64,000 bases of DNA from Eledone cirrhosa (Eukaryota): positions 375,348,001-375,412,000 of the forward strand of contig OZ024742.1 in assembly GCA_964016885.1 (NCBI GenBank), given 5' to 3'. The stretch's first letter is position 1, and each line of letters begins with the position of its first letter. A program made the position numbers and the translations under genes. Positions 32,601-45,700 of this stretch are shown in pieces. The notes beneath the pieces were generated by a model. The model searched no databases. It was not told the DNA's origin and worked only from the letters and a program-made list of their open reading frames with translations.

Positions 32601-35600
32601 TTCTTCTCTGCCTTTGACTTCTTCTGTGCTTTTGACTTCTTCTGTGCCTTTGACTTCTTCTGTGCCTTTGACTTCTTCTGTGCTTTTGACTTCTTCTGTG
32701 CTTTTGACTTCTTCTGTGCCTTTGAATTCTTCTGTGCCTTTAACTTCTTCTGTGCTTTTGACTTATTCTGTGCCATTGACTTCTTCTGTGCCTTTGACTT
32801 CTTCTGTGCTTTTGACTTCTTCTGTGCCTTTGACTTCTTCTGTGCCTTTGACTTCTTCTGTGCCTTTGTCTTCTTCTGTGCCTTTGACTTCTTCTGTGCC
32901 TTTGACTTCTTCTGTGGTTTTGTTTTCTTCTGTGCTTTTGACTTCTTCTGTGCCTTTGACTTCTTCTGTGCCTTTGACTTCTTCTGTGCCTTTGTCTTCT
33001 TCTGTGCCTTTGACCTCTTCTGTGCCTTTGACTTCTTCTGTGCTTTTGTTTTCTTCTGTGCTTTTGACTTCTTCTGAGCCTTTGTCTTCTTCTGTGCCTT
33101 TGACTTCTTCTGTGCCTTTGACTTCTTCTGTGCCTTTGACTTCTTCTGTTCTTTTGACTTCTTCTGTGCCTTTGACTTCTTCTGTGCCTTTGACTTCTTC
33201 TGTGCTTTTGACTTCTTCTGTGCCTTTGACTTCTTCTGTGCCTTTGACTTCTTCTGTGCCTTTAACTTCTTCTGTGCCTTTGACTTCTTCTGTGCCTTTG
33301 TCCTCTTCTGTGCCTTTGACTTCTTCTGTGCCTTTGACTTCTTCTGTGCTCTTGACTTCTTCTGTGCCTTTGACGTCTTTTGTGCTTTTGTTTTCTTCTG
33401 TTCCTTTGACTTCTTCTGTGCCTTTAACTTCTTCTGTGCCTTTGACTTCTTCTGTGCTTTTGACTTCTTCTGTGCCTTTGACTTCTTCTGTGCCTTTGAC
33501 TTCTTCTGTGCCTTTGACTTCTTCTGTGCTTTTGACTTCTACTGTGCCTTTGACTTCTTCTGTGCCTTTGTCTTCTTCTGTGCCTTTGAATTCTTCTGTG
33601 CTTTTGTTTTCTTCTGTGCTTTTGACTTCTTCTGTGCCTTTGACTTCTTCTGTGCCTTTAACTTCTTCTGTGCTTTTGACTTCTTCTGTGCCTTTGACTT
33701 CTTCTGTGCCTTTGACTTCTTCTGTGCTTTTGACTTCTTCTGTGCCTTTGACTTCTTCTGTGCCTTTGACTTCTTCTCTGCTTTTGACTTCTTCTGTGCC
33801 TTTGACTTCTTCTGTGCCTTTGACTTCTTCTGTGCCTTTGTCTTCTGCTGTGCCTTTGACTTCTTCTGTGCCTTTGACTTCTTCTGTGCTTTTGTTTTCT
33901 TCTGTGCTTTTGACTTCTTCTGTGCCTTTGACTTCTTCTGTGCTTTTGACTTCTTCTGTGCCTTTGACTTCTTCTGTGCCTTTGACTTCTTCTGTGCTTT
34001 TGACTTCTTCTGTGCCTTTGACTTCTTCTGTGCCTTTGTCTTCTTCTGTGCCTTTGACTTCTTCTGTGCCTTTGACTTCTTCTGTGCTTTTGTTTTCTTC
34101 TGTGCTTTTGACTTCTTCTGTGCCTTTGACTTCTTCTGTGCTTTTGACTTGTTCTGTGCCTTTGACTTCTTCTGTGACCATGACTTCTTCTGTGCTTTTG
34201 TTTTCTTCTGTGCCTTTGACTTCTTCTGTGCCTTTGACTTCTTCTGTGCATTTGACTTCTTCTGTGCTTTTGACTTCTTCTCTGCCTTTGACTTCTTCTT
34301 TGCCTTTGTCTTCTTCTGTGCCTTTGACTTCTTCTGTGCTTTTGTTTTCTTCTGTGCTTTTGACTTCTTCTGTGCCTTTGACTTCTTCTGTGCCTTTAAC
34401 TTCTTCTGTGCTTTTGACTTCTTCTGTGCCTTTGACTTCTTCTGTGCCTTTGACTTCTTCTGTGCTTTTGACTTCTTCTGTGCCTTTGACTTCTTCTGTG
34501 CCTTTGACTTCTTCTGTGCCTTTGTCTTCTTCTGTGCCCTTGACTTCTTCTGTGCCTTTGACTTCTTCTGTGCTTTTGTTTCCTTCTGTGCTTTTGACTT
34601 CTTCTGTGCCTTTGACTTCTTCTGTGCCTTTGACTTCTTCTGTGCCTTTGACTTCGTCTGTGCCTTTGACTTCTTCTGTGCTTTTGTTTTCTTCTGTGCC
34701 TTTGACTTCTTCTGTGCCTTTGATTTCTTCTGTGCCTTTGACTTCTTCTGTGCCTTTGACTTCTTCTGTGCTTTTGACTTCTTTTGTGCCTTTGACTTCT
34801 TCTGTGGTTTTGACTTCTTCTGTGCCTTTGACTTCTTCTGTGCCTTTGTCTTCTTCTGTGCCTTTGACTTCGTCTGTGCTTTTGACTTCTTCTGTGCTTT
34901 TGACTTCTTCTGTGCCTTTGACTTCTTCTGTGCTTTTGTTTTCTTCTGTACTTTTGACTTCTTCTGTGCCTTTGACTTCTTCTCTGCCTTTGACTTCTTC
35001 TGTGCTTTTGACTTCTTCTGTGCCTTTGACTTCTTCTGTGCCTTTGACTTCTTCTGTGCTTTTGACTTCTTCTGTGCTTTTGACTTCTTCTGTGCCTTTG
35101 AATTCTTCTGTGCCTTTAACTTCTTCTGTGCTTTTGACTTATTCTGTGCCATTGACTTCTTCTGTGCCTTTGACTTCTTCTGTGCTTTTGACTTCTTCTG
35201 TGCCTTTGACTTCTTCTGTGCCTTTGACTTCTTCTGTGCCTTTGTCTTCTTCTGTGCCTTTGACTTCTTCTGTGCCTTTGACTTCTTCTGTGGTTTTGTT
35301 TTCTTCTGTGCTTTTGACTTCTTCTGTGCCTTTGACTTCTTCTGTGCCTTTGACTTCTTCTGTGCCTTTGTCTTCTTCTGTGCCTTTGACCTCTTCTGTG
35401 CCTTTGACTTCTTCTGTGCTTTTGTTTTCTTCTGTGCTTTTGACTTCTTCTGAGCCTTTGTCTTCTTCTGTGCCTTTGACTTCTTCTGTGCCTTTGACTT
35501 CTTCTGCTCTTTTGACTTCTTCTGTGCCTTTGACTTCTACTGTGCCTTTGACTTCTTCTGTGCTTTTGTCTTCTTCTGTGCCTTTGACTTCTTCTGTGCT

Positions 35601-38600
35601 TTTGACTTCTTCTGTGCCTTTGACTTCTTCTGTGCTTTTGTTTTCTTCTGTGCCTTTGACTTCTTCTGTGCCTTTGACTTCTTCTGTGCATTTGACTTCT
35701 TCTGTGCTTTTGACTTCTTCTGTGTCTTTGACTTCTTCTGTGCCTTTGTCTTCTTCTGTGCCTTTGACTTCTTCTGTGCCTTTGACTTCTTCTGTGCCTT
35801 TGACTTCTTCTGTGCTTTTGTTTTCTTCTGTGCTTTTGACTTCTTCTGTGCCTTTGACTTCTTCTGTGCTTTTGACTTGTTCTGTGCCTTTGACTTCTTC
35901 TGTGACTTTGACTTCTTCTGTGCTTTTGTTTTCTTCTGTGCCTTTGACTTCTTCTGTGCCTTTGACTTCTTCTGTGCATTTGACTTCTTCTGTGCTTTTG
36001 ACTTCTTCTGTGTCTTTGACTTCTTCTGTGCCTTTGTCTTCTTCTGTGCCTTTGACTTCTTCTGTGCCTTTGACTTCTTCTGTGCCTTTGACTTCTTCTG
36101 TGCTTTTGACTTCTTCTGTGCCTTTGACTTCTTCTGTGCCTTTGACTTCTTCTGTGCCTTTGTCTTCTTCTGTGCCTTTGACTTCTTCTGTGCCTTTGAT
36201 TTCTTCTGTGCATTTGTTTTCCTCTGTGCTTTTGACTTCTTCTGTGCCTTTGACTTCTTCTGTGCCTTTGACTTCTTCTGTGCCTTTGACTTCTTCTGTG
36301 CTTTTGTTTTCTTCTGTGCCTTTGACTTCTTCTGTGCCTTTGTCTTCTGTGCCTTTGACTTCTTCTGTGCATTTGTTTTCTTCTGTGCTTTTGACTTCTT
36401 CTGTGCCTTTGACTTCTTCTGTGCCTTTGACTTCTTCTGTGCCTTTGACTTCTTCTGTGCTTTTGTTTTCTTCTGTGCCTTTGACTTCTTCTGTGCCTTT
36501 GTCTTCTGTGCCTTTGACTTCTTCTGTGCTTTTATTTTCTTCTGTGCTTTTGACTTCTTCTGTGCCTTTGACTTCTTCTGTGCCTTTGACTTCTTCAGTG
36601 CCTTTGACTTCTTCTGTGCCTTTGACTTCTTCTGTGCTTTTGACTTCTTCTGTGCCTTTGACTTCTTCTGTGCTTTTGACTTCTTCTGTGCCTTTGACTT
36701 CTTCTGTGCTTTTGACTTCTTCTGTGCATTTGACTTCTTCTGTGCCTTTGACTTCTTCTGTGCCTTTGTCTTCTTCTGTGCCTTTGACTTCTTCTGTGCC
36801 TTTGACTTCTTCTGTGCATTTGTTTTCTTCTGTGCTTTTGACTTCTTCTGTGCCTTTGACTTCTTCTGTGCTTTTGACTTCTTCTGTGCCTTTGACTTCT
36901 TCTGTGATTTGACTTCTTCTGTGCTTTTGTTTTCTTCTGTGCTTTTGACTTCTTCTGTGCCTTTGTCTTCTTCTGTGCCTTTGACTTCTTCTGTGCTTTT
37001 GTTTTCTTCTGTGCTTTTGACTTCTTCTGTGCCTTTGACTTCTTCTGTGCCTTTGTCTTCTTCTGTGCCTTTGACTTCTTCTGTGCTTTTGTTTTCTTCT
37101 GTGCTTTTGACTTCTTCTGTGCCTTTGACTTCTTCTGTGCCTTTAACTTCTTCTGTGCTTTTGACTTCTTCTGTGCCTTTGACTTCTTCTGTGCCTTTGA
37201 CTTCTTCTGTGCTTTTGACTTCTTCTGAGCCTTTGACTTCTGTGCCTTTGACTTCTTCTGTGCCTTTGTCCTCTTCTGTGCCTTTGACTTCTTCTGTGCC
37301 TTTGACTTCTTCTGTGCTCTTGACTTCTTCTGTGCCTTTGACGTCTTTTGTGCTTTTGTTTTCTTCTGTTCCTTTGACTTCTTCTGTGCCTTTAACTTCT
37401 TCTGTGCCTTTGACTTCTTCTGTGCTTTTGACTTCTTCTGTGCCTTTGACTTCTTCTGTGCCTTTGACTTCTTCTGTGCCTTTGACTTCTTCTGTGCTTT
37501 TGACTTCTACTGTGCCTTTGACTTCTTCTGTGCCTTTGTCTTCTTCTGTGCCTTTGAATTCTTCTGTGCTTTTGTTTTCTTCTGTGCTTTTGACTTCTTC
37601 TGTGCCTTTGACTTCTTCTGTGCCTTTAACTTCTTCTGTGCTTTTGACTTCTTCTGTGCCTTTGACTTCTTCTGTGCCTTTGACTTCTTCTGTGCTTTTG
37701 ACTTCTTCTGTGCCTTTGACTTCTTCTGTGCCTTTGACTTCTTCTCTGCTTTTGACTTCTTCTGTGCCTTTGACTTCTTCTGTGCCTTTGACTTCTTCTG
37801 TGCCTTTGTCTTCTGCTGTGCCTTTGACTTCTTCTGTGCCTTTGACTTCTTCTGTGCTTTTGTTTTCTTCTGTGCTTTTGACTTCTTCTGTGCCTTTGAC
37901 TTCTTCTGTGCTTTTGACTTCTTCTGTGCCTTTGACTTCTTCTGTGCCTTTGACTTCTTCTGTGCTTTTGACTTCTTCTGTGCCTTTGACTTCTTCTGTG
38001 CCTTTGTCTTCTTCTGTGCCTTTGACTTCTTCTGTGCCTTTGACTTCTTCTGTGCTTTTGTTTTCTTCTGTGCTTTTGACTTCTTCTGTGCCTTTGACTT
38101 CTTCTGTGCTTTTGACTTGTTCTGTGCCTTTGACTTCTTCTGTGACTTTGACTTCTTCTGTGCTTTTGTTTTCTTCTGTGCCTTTGACTTCTTCTGTGCC
38201 TTTGACTTCTTCTGTGCATTTGACTTCTTCTGTGCTTTTGACTTCTTCTCTGCCTTTGACTTCTTCTTTGCCTTTGTCTTCTTCTGTGCCTTTGACTTCT
38301 TCTGTGCTTTTGTTTTCTTCTGTGCTTTTGACTTCTTCTGTGCCTTTGACTTCTTCTGTGCCTTTAACTTCTTCTGTGCTTTTGACTTCTTCTGTGCCTT
38401 TGACTTCTTCTGTGCCTTTGACTTCTTCTGTGCTTTTGACTTCTTCTGTGCCTTTGACTTCTTCTGTGCCTTTGACTTCTTCTGTGCCTTTGTCTTCTTC
38501 TGTGCCCTTGACTTCTTCTGTGCCTTTGACTTCTTCTGTGCTTTTGTTTCCTTCTGTGCTTTTGACTTCTTCTGTGCCTTTAACTTCTTCTGTGCTTTTG

Positions 38601-39700
38601 ACTTCTTCTGTGCCTTTGACTTCTTCTGTGCCTTTGACTTCTTCTGTGCTTTTGACTTCTTCTGTGCCTTTGACTTCTTCTGTGCCTTTGACTTCTTCTG
38701 TGCCTTTGTCTTCTTCTGTGCCCTTGACTTCTTCTGTGCCTTTGACTTCTTCTGTGCTTTTGTTTCCTTCTGTGCTTTTGACTTCTTCTGTGCCTTTGAC
38801 TTCTTCTGTGCCTTTGACTTCTTCTGTGCCTTTGACTTCGTCTGTGCCTTTGACTTCTTCTGTGCTTTTGTTTTCTTCTGTGCCTTTGACTTCTTCTGTG
38901 CCTTTGATTTCTTCTGTGCCTTTGACTTCTTCTGTGCCTTTGACTTCTTCTGTGCTTTTGACTTCTTCTGTGCCTTTGACTTCTTCTGTGGTTTTGACTT
39001 CTTCTGTGCCTTTGACTTCTTCTGTGCCTTTGTCTTCTTCTGTGCCTTTGACTTCGTCTGTGCTTTTGACTTCTTCTGTGCTTTTGACTTCTTCTGTGCC
39101 TTTGACTTCTTCTGTGCTTTTGTTTTCTTCTGTACTTTTGACTTCTTCTGTGCCTTTGACTTCTTCTCTGCCTTTGACTTCTTCTGTGCTTTTGACTTCT
39201 TCTGTGCCTTTGACTTCTTCTGTGCCTTTGACTTCTTCTGTGCTTTTGACTTCTTCTGTGCTTTTGACTTCTTCTGTGCCTTTGAATTCTTCTGTGCCTT
39301 TAACTTCTTCTGTGCTTTTGACTTATTCTGTGCCATTGACTTCTTCTGTGCCTTTGACTTCTTCTGTGCTTTTGACTTCTTCTGTGCCTTTGACTTCTTC
39401 TGTGCCTTTGACTTCTTCTGTGCCTTTGTCTTCTTCTGTGCCTTTGACTTCTTCTGTGCCTTTGACTTCTTCTGTGGTTTTGTTTTCTTCTGTGCTTTTG
39501 ACTTCTTCTGTGCCTTTGACTTCTTCTGTGCCTTTGACTTCTTCTGTGCCTTTGTCTTCTTCTGTGCCTTTGACCTCTTCTGTGCCTTTGACTTCTTCTG
39601 TGCTTTTGTTTTCTTCTGTGCTTTTGACTTCTTCTGAGCCTTTGTCTTCTTCTGTGCCTTTGACTTCTTCTGTGCCTTTGACTTCTTCTGTGCCTTTGAC
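26700..39700. repeat. Near-identical 6,560-bp higher-order tandem duplication; ends approximate
   Basis: ORF-track pairs 26979/33539, 27589/34149, 29317/35877, 30947/37507, 31557/38117. 6560 = 365x18 - 10 (three 15-mers plus one 17-mer). Confidence 0.88.
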
Positions 39701-42700
39701 TTCTTCTGTTCTTTTGACTTCTTCTGTGCCTTTGACTTCTACTGTGCCTTTGACTTCTTCTGTGCTTTTGTCTTCTTCTGTGCCTTTGACTTCTTCTGTG
39801 CTTTTGACTTCTTCTGTGCCTTTGACTTCTTCTGTGCTTTTGTTTTCTTCTGTGCCTTTGACTTCTTCTGTGCCTTTGACTTCTTCTGTGCATTTGACTT
39901 CTTCTGTGCTTTTGACTTCTTCTGTGCCTTTGTCTTCTTCTGTGCCTTTGACTTCTTCTGTGCCTTTGACTTCTTCTGTGCCTTTGACTTCTTCTGTGCT
40001 TTTGACTTCTTCTGTGCCTTTGACTTCTTCTGTGCCTTTGACTTCTTCTGTGCCTTTGTCTTCTTCTGTGCCTTTGACTTCTTCTGTGCCTTTGACTTCT
40101 TCTGTGCATTTGTTTTCCTCTGTGCTTTTGACTTCTTCTGTGCCTTTGACTTCTTCTGTGCCTTTGACTTCTTCTGTGCCTTTGACTTCTTCTGTGCTTT
40201 TGTTTTCTTCTGTGCCTTTGACTTCTTCTGTGCCTTTGTCTTCTGTGCCTTTGACTTCTTCTGTGCATTTGTTTTCTTCTGTGCTTTTGACTTCTTCTGT
40301 GCCTTTGACTTCTTCTGTGCCTTTGACTTCTTCTGTGCCTTTGACTTCTTCTGTGCTTTTGTTTTCTTCTGTGCCTTTGACTTCTTCTGTGCCTTTGTCT
40401 TCTGTGCCTTTGACTTCTTCTGTGCTTTTATTTTCTTCTGTGCTTTTGACTTCTTCTGTGCCTTTGACTTCTTCTGTGCCTTTGACTTCTTCAGTGCCTT
40501 TGACTTCTTCTGTGCCTTTGACTTCTTCTGTGCTTTTGACTTCTTCTGTGCCTTTGACTTCTTCTGTGCTTTTGACTTCTTCTGTGCCTTTGACTTCTTC
40601 TGTGCTTTTGACTTCTTCTGTGCATTTGACTTCTTCTGTGCCTTTGACTTCTTCTGTGCCTTTGTCTTCTTCTGTGCCTTTGACTTCTTCTGTGCCTTTG
40701 ACTTCTTCTGTGCATTTGTTTTCTTCTGTGCTTTTGACTTCTTCTGTGCCTTTGACTTCTTCTGTGCTTTTGACTTCTTCTGTGACTTTGACTTCTTCTG
40801 TGATTTGACTTCTTCTGTGCTTTTGTTTTCTTCTGTGCTTTTGACTTCTTCTGTGCCTTTGTCTTCTTCTGTGCCTTTGACTTCTTCTGTGCTTTTGTTT
40901 TCTTCTGTGCTTTTGACTTCTTCTGTGCCTTTGACTTCTTCTGTGCTTTTGACTTCTTCTGTGCCTTTGACTTCTTCTGTGCCTTTGACTTCTTCTGTGC
41001 TTTTGTTTTCTTCTGTGCCTTTGACTTCTTCTGTGCCTTTGACTTCTTCTGTGCATTTGACTTCTTCTGTGCTTTTGACTTCTTCTGTGCCTTTGACTTC
41101 TTCTGTGCCTTTGTCTTCTTCTGTGCCTTTGACGTCTTCTGTGCTTTTGTTTTCTTCTGTGCTTTTGACTTCTTCTGTGCCTTTGACTTCTTCTGTGTCT
41201 TTGACTTCTTCTGTGCTTTTGTTTTCTTCTGTGCTTTTGACTTCTTCTGTGCCTTTGACTTCTTCTGTGCCTTTGACTTCTTCTGTGCCTTTGACTTCTT
41301 CTGTGCTTTTGACTTCTTCTGTGCCTTTGACTTCTTCTGTGCTTTTGACTTCTTCTGTGCCTTTGACTTCTTCTGTGCCTTTGACTTCTTCTGTGCCTTT
41401 GACTTCTTCTGTGCTTCTGACTTCTTCTGTGCCTTTGACTTCATCTGTGCTTTTGACTTCTTCTGTGCTTTTGACTTCTTCTGTGCCTTTGACTTCTTCT
41501 GTGCCTTTGACTTCTTCTGTGCTTTTGACTTCTTCTGTGCCTTTGACTTCTTCCGTGCCTTTGACTTCTTCTCTGCTTTTGATTTCTTCTGTGCCTTTGA
41601 CTTCTTCTGTGCCTTTGACTTCTTCTGTGCCTTTGTCTTCTGTGCCTTTGACTTCTTCTGTGCCTTTGACTTCTTCTGTGCATTTGACTTTTTCTGTGCT
41701 TTTGACTTCTTCTGTGCCTTTGACTTCTTCTGTGCCTTTGTCTTCTTCTGTGCCTTTGACTTCTTCTGTGCCTTTGACTTCTTCTGTGCTTTTGTTTTCT
41801 TCTGTGCTTTTGAGTTCTTCTGTGCCTTTGACTTCTTCTGTGCTTTTGACTTCTTCTGTGCCTTTGACTTCTTCTGTGCCTTTGACTTCTTCTGTGCTTT
41901 TGACTTCTTCTGTGCCTTTCACTTCTTCTGTGCCTTTGTCTTCTTCTGTGCGTTTGACTTCTTCTGTGCCTTTGACTTCTTCTGTGCTTTTGTTTTCTTC
42001 TGTGCTTTTGACTTCTTCTGTGCCTTTGACTTCTTCTGTGCTTTTGACTTCTTCTGTGCCTTTGACTTCTTCTGTGACTTTGACTTCTTCTGTGCTTTTG
42101 TTTTCTTCTGTGCCTTTGACTTCTTCTGTGCCTTTGACTTCTTCTGTGCATTTGACTTCTTCTGTGCTTTTGACTTCTTCTGTGCCTTTGACTTCTTCTG
42201 TGCCTTTGACTTCTTCTGTGCTTTTGACTTCTTCTGTGCCTTTGACTTCTTCTGTGCTTTTGACTTCTTCTGTGCATTTGACTTCTTCTGTGCCTTTGAC
42301 TTCTTCTGTGCCTTTGTCTTCTTCTGTGCCTTTGACTTCTTCTGTGCCTTTGACTTCTTCTGTGCTTTTGTTTTCTTCTGTGCTTTTGACTTCTTCTGTG
42401 CCTTTGACTTCTTCTGTGCTTTTGACTTCTTCTGTGCCTTTGACTTATTCTGTGCCTTTGACTTCTTCTGTGCTTTTGTTTTCTTCTGTGCTTTTGACTT
42501 CTTCTGTGCCTTTGTCTTCTTCTGTGCCTTTGACTTCTTCTGTGCTTTTGACTTCTTCTGTGCCTTTGACTTCTTCTGTGCCTTTGACTTCTTCTGTGCC
42601 TTTGACTTCTTCTCTGCTTTTGACTTCTTCTGTGCCTTTGACTTCTTCTGTGCCTTTGACTTCTTCTGTGCCTTTGTCTTCTTCTATGCTTTTGTTTTCT

Positions 42701-45700
42701 TCTGTGCCTTTGACTTCTTCTGTGCCTTTGACTTCTTCTGTGCATTTGACTTCTTCTGTGCTTTTGACTTCTTCTGTGCTTTTGTTTTCTTCTGTGCTTT
42801 TGACTTCTTCTGTGCCTTTGACTTCTTCTGTGCTTTTGACTTCTTCTGTGCCTTTGACTTCTTCTGTGCCTTTGACTTCTTCTGTGCTTTTGTTTTCTTC
42901 TGTGCCTTTGACTTCTTCTGTGCCTTTGACTTCTTCTGTGCATTTGACTTCTTCTGTGCTTTTGACTTCTTCTGTGCCTTTGACTTCTTCTGTGCCTTTG
43001 TCTTCTTCTGTGCCTTTGACTTCTTCTGTGCTTTTGTTTTCTTCTGTGCTTTTGACTTCTTCTGTGCCTTTGACTTCTTCTGTGCCTTTAACTTCTTCTG
43101 TGCTTTTGACTTCTTCTGTGCCTTTGACTTCTTCTGTGCCTTTGACTTCTTCTGTGCTTTTGACTTCTTCTGAGCCTTTGACTTCTGTGCCTTTGACTTC
43201 TTCTGTGCCTTTGTCCTCTTCTGTGCCTTTGACTTCTTCTGTGCCTTTGACTTCTTCTGTGCTCTTGACTTCTTCTGTGCCTTTGACGTCTTTTGTGCTT
43301 TTGTTTTCTTCTGTTCCTTTGACTTCTTCTGTGCCTTTAACTTCTTCTGTGCCTTTGACTTCTTCTGTGCTTTTGACTTCTTCTGTGCCTTTGTCTTCTT
43401 CTGTGCCTTTGAATTCTTCTGTGCTTTTGTTTTCTTCTGTGCTTTTGACTTCTTCTGTGCCTTTGACTTCTTCTGTGCCTTTAACTTCTTCTGTGCTTTT
43501 GACTTCTTCTGTGCCTTTAACTTCTTCTGTGCCTTTGACTTCTTCTGTGCTTTTGACTTCTTCTGTGCCTTTGACTTCTTCTGTGCCTTTGACTTCTTCT
43601 CTGCTTTTGACTTCTTCTGTGCCTTTGACTTCTTCTGTGCCTTTGACTTCTTCTATGCCTTTGACTTCTTCTGTGCCTTTGACTTCTTCTGTGCCTTTGT
43701 CTTCTTCTGTGCCTTTGACTTCTTCTGTGGTTTTGTTTTCTTCTGTGCTTTTGACTTCTTCTGTGCCTTTGTCTTCTTCTGTGCATTTGACCTCTTCTGT
43801 GCCTTTGACTTCTTCTGTGCTTTTGTTTTCTTCTGTGCTTTTGACTTCTTCTGTGCCTTTGTCTTCTTCTGTGCCTTTGACTTCTTCTGTGCCTTTGACT
43901 TCTTCTGTGCCTTTGACTTCTTCTGTTCTTTTGACTTCTTCTGTGCCTTTGACTTCTTCTGTGCTTTTGACTTCTTCTGTGCCTTTGACTTCTTCTGTGC
44001 TTTTGACTTCTTCTGTGCTTTTGACTTCTTCTGTGCCTTTGTCTTCTTCTGTGCCTTTGACTTCTTATGTGCCTTTGTCTTATTCTGTGCTTTTGACTTC
44101 TTCTGTGCCTTTGTCTTCTTCTCTGCCTTTGTCTTCTTCTGTGCTTTTGTCTTCTTCTGTGCCTTTGTCTTCTTCTGTGCCTTTGTCTTCTTCTGTGCCT
44201 TTGTCTTCTTCTGTGCCTTTGACTTCTTCTGTGCTTTTGACTTCTTCTGTGCCTTTGACTTCTTCTGTGCCTTTGACTTCTTCTGTGCCTTTGTCTTCTT
44301 CTGTGCCTTTGACTTCTTCTGTGCCTTTGACTTCTTCTGTGGTTTTGTTTTCTTCTGTGCTTTTGACTTCTTCTGTGCCTTTGACTTCTTCTGTGCCTTT
44401 GACTTCTTCTGTGCCTTTGTCTTCTTCTGTGCCTTTGACCTCTTCTGTGCCTTTGACTTCTTCTGTGCTTTTGTTTTCTTCTGTGCTTTTGACTTCTTCT
44501 GTGCCTTTGTCTTCTTCTGTGCCTTTGACTTCTTCTGTGCCTTTGACTTCTTCTGTGCCTTTGACTTCTTCTGTTCTTTTGACTTCTTCTGTGCCTTTGA
44601 CTTCTTCTGTGCTTTTGACTTCTTCTGTGCCTTTGACTTCTTCTGTGCCTTTAACTTCTTCTGTGCTTTTGACTTCTTCTGTGCCTTTGACTTCTTCTGT
44701 GCCTTTGACTTCTTCTGTGCTTTTGACTTCTTCTGTGCCTTTGACTTCTTCTGTGCCTTTGACTTCTTCTGTGCCTTTGTCTTCTTCTGTGCCCTTGACT
44801 TCTTCTGTGCCTTTGACTTCTTCTGTGCTTTTGTTTCCTTCTGTGCTTTTGACTTCTTCTGTGCCTTTGACTTCTTCTGTGCCTTTGACTTCTTCTGTGC
44901 CTTTGACTTCTTCTGTGCCTTTGACTTCTTCTGTGCTTTTGTTTTCTTCTGTGCCTTTGACTTCTTCTGTGCCTTTGATTTCTTCTGTGCCTTTAACTTC
45001 TTCTGTGCCTTTGACTTCTTCTGTGCTTTTGACTTCTTCTGTGCCTTTGACTTCTTCTGTGGTTTTGACTTCTTCTGTGCCTTTGACTTCTTCTGTGCCT
45101 TTGTCTTCTTCTGTGCCTTTGACTTCGTCTGTGCTTTTGACTTCTTCTGTGCTTTTGACTTCTTCTGTGCCTTTGACTTCTTCTGTGCTTTTGTTTTCTT
45201 CTGTACTTTTGACTTCTTCTGTGCCTTTGACTTCTTCTCTGCCTTTGACTTCTTCTGTGCTTTTGACTTCTTCTGTGCCTTTGACTTCTTCTGTGCCTTT
45301 GACTTCTTCTGTGCTTTTGACTTCTTCTGTGCCTTTGTCTTCTTCTGTGCCTTTGACTTCTTCTGTGCTTTTGTTTTCTTCTGTGCTTTTGACTTCTTCT
45401 GTGCCTTTGAATTCTTCTGTGCCTTTAACTTCTTCTGTGCTTTTGACTTATTCTGTGCTTTTGACTTCTTCTGTGCCTTTGACTTCTTCTGTGCTTTTGA
45501 CTTCTTCTGTGCCTTTGACTTCTTCTGTGCCTTTGACTTCTTCTGTGCCTTTGTCTTTTTCTGTGCCTTTGACTTCTTCTGTGCCTTTGCCTTCTTCTGT
45601 GGTTTTGTTTTCTTCTGTGCTTTTGACTTCTTCTGTGCCTTTGACTTCTTCTGTGCCTTTGACTTCTTCTGTGCTTTTGTTTTCTTCTGTGCTTTTGACT